DNA from: Klebsormidium nitens
Taxonomy: Eukaryota > Plantae > Klebsormidiophyceae
Direction: 5' to 3'
DNA length: 64,000 bases
Assembly (NCBI GenBank): GCA_000708835.1
Contig: DF237217.1
Location: 53,188-117,187 of the forward strand
Part shown: positions 60,252 to 64,000 of the stretch, one piece after another
How the letters are laid out: every line of letters starts with the position of its first letter
How positions within the stretch are numbered: the stretch's first letter is position 1
The notes under the pieces: generated by a model
The model's input: only the letters and a program-made list of their open reading frames with translations
The model's database searches: none
Told to the model about the DNA's origin: nothing
Made by a program: the position numbers and the translations under genes

Positions 60252-63200
60252 ATGGAGCACACTGCCACTGCATTGCATTGCCGCGGGGGGCATTCACACA
60301 CTCCCTGTTGTGCAAGTTGCGCGTTCACATTGTACGGCATCAGTGACGTTGACTTGCCTGTACCTCAAAAGCGACCGTACGGATCCGATTTATTCGCACG
60401 CAAAATAGGCTGCGTAATTTGCAGCCAAGTGGCACGCTCCCGTGAAGCGCGTGACTCACTGTCCAAGCTCATCATTAGACCATCGCCAACTCAGCGGTCG
60501 CCACTCAAAATCGCGCATAGCTGCACGAGCACCACCTTAGTGAAGTTGCCCACCCCAGATTCCCAGACGCCCAGCTTCACCCAGATTGTCTCCTTCCCTA
60601 GTGATTATGTACCGCAACATGCTTCTTTGGAAGCAACACTGTTAGCCTCAATATTATGCTGCTTAGCGATATGGAATACTCAGGCAAACGACAGGTACTT
60701 TAAGTTGAAGATATACTATGCTGCGCTTTCTCAAAAAGTCACAACCAAACATCGCCTCGGAATTCGGCATAGGCTACACGCATTGCGGCGGCGTAAACAA
60801 AGGCTCTTACGAAGGCAGTCTCGATTGATATTCATCTTTACTATTCTTCTTGTTAGCTCAATCAAATGCTGTCATACAGTGCCAGCTTCATATGTAGTAA
60901 AACGTGTAAGATGGCGTAAACGGTCCCGCTCGGTGCCGTCCCAGATCAGACAGATGGGGGCATCTATCGATGATTTTGTGCATGCAATATATGCAGCAGA
61001 TGACTTTTCGTTTAAAACGTTTTTAGAAGAATTCTACCTTTCATTGCCAATTTACTGGACCACAAAAAACTATGTTGCTCACGCAATATTACTTTTACAT
61101 GTTCTCCCGGATCATGAGTATGCGAATGGGGCTATCATACCCGTTACTCTGGTATCGGCCTACAAGCTGCTTGCAGGCTTTGCAAGAAGAAATTCGAAAA
61201 TGCTCTCATACTGTGGTCGTGTTTTAAAGGCATTCACGGTATCGTCAATACATCTGGTTGCATTATTTGCAGTAGATCATATTCAAAACGAGGCTCGCGC
61301 AGTTAAGCACATTTTGCGACCATACAGACGTTTGGGCCGGCTAGCTTGCATATATTTTATGCTGCAAACAGCTGTGATGCTTTCGTCAATCAAGACGGTG
61401 ATTTCAGCACCCTCAAACTCTATGCTGCTTATACTACTTCTATTATGCGGTGACGTACACCCAAACCCAGGTCCTAAGGTGAACAGGTCTACTTGCGCTG
61501 TCGAAGATGACCATGTACCCCAATGCAAGACTTCGCCCACAGCAATTAGCGAATCACTAAAGATGCTCAATTGGAATGCACGAGGGCTAGGTGGGGCACA
61601 AGATCACAAGCAAAAAGAACTTCTAAATTATATGGATCAAAATAACATTCAAATTTCCATTATAACCGAAACACGAAAGACGGTAGGAAAGCACAGTCAA
61701 TCTGAAACTAAGCATGATGGTTTTACCATCTTCAAAGCTTCCTATTATGACAAATCACATACTGCTAAGTTTATGAACCCTGAACAAATGATATGGGACG
61801 TCTGCCTTATTGTCAAATCCGGTCTTGCTTTCAACATTCAAAAGGTTAACAACGCCATCCTCGGTGCACGTGTTGTGCATGGGACACTTATTGTCCCGAG
61901 CAGGCCGACAGAAAATGATGGCCATGGGCAGTCAACCCCAATGACCATTGACATTATTGGTGTTTACGGTCCCGCCTCAAAAGATAATGAGGTCAATAAG
62001 CCTTTTTGGACGGCATTGAATGAGTACATACAGAAATTCCACAAGAATCATGCTTCAGATTTCGAAAGTGGCAATCGTCATTTTGTTTTGGGTGGCGATT
62101 GGAACAGCTATCAAGATCCCAATATGGACCTATACAGAGAATAGGTATGCTCTATGCAGCTCAGAGCACATAGACTCAAACCTACAAACCCTCTTGACCA
62201 GCCTTTACGACGAGAATGGAATATACCTTACTGATTTAATGGCTGTCTCCAAACTAGGCCCCTACAGTGACTACACATATGCGAAAAAGGATTTGACCTA
62301 CCGTTCTTTTCTTGATCGCGTTTTCACTACAATAAACAAACAACACTGTGAACCGGCACAAGTTTCCGACTTTGGCATCAATTTATCAGACCATCGCCCA
62401 GTTTTAACGTCCATAAATCTCCACTCCCTGTGCGAAGGTTGGTTGGAATACCCGCAAACACAGTTTCGTCTACCCCGAATCAACATTAATGTTGAAAATA
62501 GAAAAAAGATGGACAATCTTTGCCAGCTGGCATACGAATGGACTGAAAAAGCGAAGAAGCGCACATTCTGTGCAATGTCAACCGATACTCTGCCGCTGCA
62601 GGATCACTACGAAAATCTTCAAAGGATTTTTGTAGACCTTCCGGCAAAAGCGTATCCGCCAAGCACAAGGAAACGGAAAGACTGGAAATCACGCGCGCAA
62701 GGACTTGCGGAAGCAAATTTCAGATGGATAATTCGATATCTCCGGGCCGTCAAACATCTTCGCGACTGCAAAATGGGAAGAGTTTGCTTAGGTTTTCGTA
62801 AAGAACAACATATCCAATGTGTTTGGCGAGATTTAAAAACCTTACAATCGCCAATCAACGACTTTGCAATTCTTGATGCAGATATGTATCAAAGCTGGTC
62901 GCTTGAAGTTTGTGAGGATCACATTTTAGCGGCCGAGCGGATCTTGGGTCAGTTGAAATCTATCTATGATAGGGAGGTCCTTGCGGACAAAAAGTTGCAA
63001 AAGGAGGCAATTGATAAGGCGAATAGAACACACCGGCCTAATTCGAAAAAGAGAAGACCCATTCACATGCCGCACAAATATGCTGCTTCCGCACTGCCAA
63101 GTGTGATGAAGAGAAATGATGGAACCGATGGTTTTGTCTCTGGCGAAGAACTCAATGAAAGCTGGGGACATCAGCTTGACCTTAATAGTGCTTTCAAAAT

Positions 63201-63942
63201 GCCTAAAACTCCCACAGAGCAAGCACCGCCTTGGTTGCAAAACGAACTTTGGAAGGAAACCCGAGAGCGTCTAGCTCCATATCAGGCAGCTTTGATGGAT
63301 CCCATCACAAAAGAAGAGCTTTCAACATAAATTAAAAACGTCGGCACTCCCGCGCCTGGTATTGACCGTGTTCAATTTGAAATTATTCGGGTGATGCTCT
63401 ACCATGATCGGCTTAAAAATCACAATTTTGAAAAACTTCTTCTTGACTTTGTCGACTCTGTTCTTGCAGCAAAATCTTTCCCGGGCAGCATGAAGAACGC
63501 ATTACTTGTCTTTATCCCAAAAGATGGTGACCCGCTCTTTCACACCAACTACCGAGGAATAGCATTGCTTTCATCAATATATAAAATTGTAACAGGTGTA
63601 CTAAATTTGCGCGTCTCACAAAAACTTTGCATGATCATGGAGGCATTGAAGTTAATCAAGGCGGTAACAAAAAGGGGGTCAACGCGGCACACAAGGCCGC
63701 AGTATTGCTGAATGTCATATCCGATGCTCGCTATGAGCGGAAACCTCTTCACATCATTTACACGGATATTAAAAAAGCATTCCCAAGCACTCCATATAGC
63801 TTTCCATGATGCCCTTCGTGTCTTAAGGATAAATGAAAATTTTATTGATCTTATAAAAGATTCGCAGACAGATTTCTTCACTACGGCAAAAGGGCCAACC
63901 GGACTGTCCACTCCGCGGAGAAAGGTAGTAGGGGTGCATGAA
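60252..63942 (+). mobile_element. Decayed APE-type non-LTR retrotransposon (LINE): N-terminal extension, 2A-like motif, endonuclease, partial reverse transcriptase
   Basis: EEP motifs LNWNARGL, IITET, GVYGP, LGGDWN, FLDRVF and SDHRPV. RT motifs PAPGID, NYRGIALLSSIYK and DIKKAF. Frameshift near 62140, in-frame TAA at 63328-63330, and further frameshifts near 63620 and 63800. Confidence 0.9.
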
Positions 63943-64000
63943 TGTGACGGTTGGCCGGCTTAAGCGAAGCGCTAGCAGATAACTCAACACACGTTACAAG

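Noticed and set aside
650-63330. Premature stops (650, 21399, 38470, 63328) all explainable by C-to-T mutation, suggesting methylation-driven or RIP-like decay
   Set aside because: Every stop codon is one C-to-T step from CAA, CAG or CGA, so the pattern is uninformative without a consensus sequence.

Overview
Eukaryotic genomic DNA with GT-AG and GC-AG spliceosomal introns and a plant-type RPS21. A streptophyte green alga is my inference, not something proven here. The window has three zones. (1) About 1-27 kb is a virus/transposon-like island. It holds a degenerate KDZ (HMGXB3-like) transposase, an intact intronless Prim-Pol + D5/SF3 primase-helicase, a tyrosine recombinase cut by an assembly gap and a stand-alone HIRAN ORF. 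It also holds a second, intron-split and frameshifted primase-helicase paralogue and several cryptic minus-strand multi-exon genes. About 12 arrays of a ~100-115 bp repeat (TGACGTCA palindrome + GGACA direct-repeat pair) are threaded through this zone, many of them inside introns. No capsid, packaging ATPase or PolB gene is visible. (2) About 27-40 kb holds hairpin-repeat clusters, two TA-flanked TIR elements, a trypsin-like protease gene, and two paralogous introns bounded by inverted repeats (introner-like). (3) About 40-64 kb holds ordinary host genes (RsmB/NOP2-type m5C methyltransferase, RPS21, metallo-beta-lactamase fold protein, class I/II aminotransferase, probable B12D/NDUFA4-like protein) and a decayed APE-type LINE with a 2A-like motif. 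All protein family calls come from recognising motifs by eye, and exon models come from manual splice-phase checking. No searches were run.
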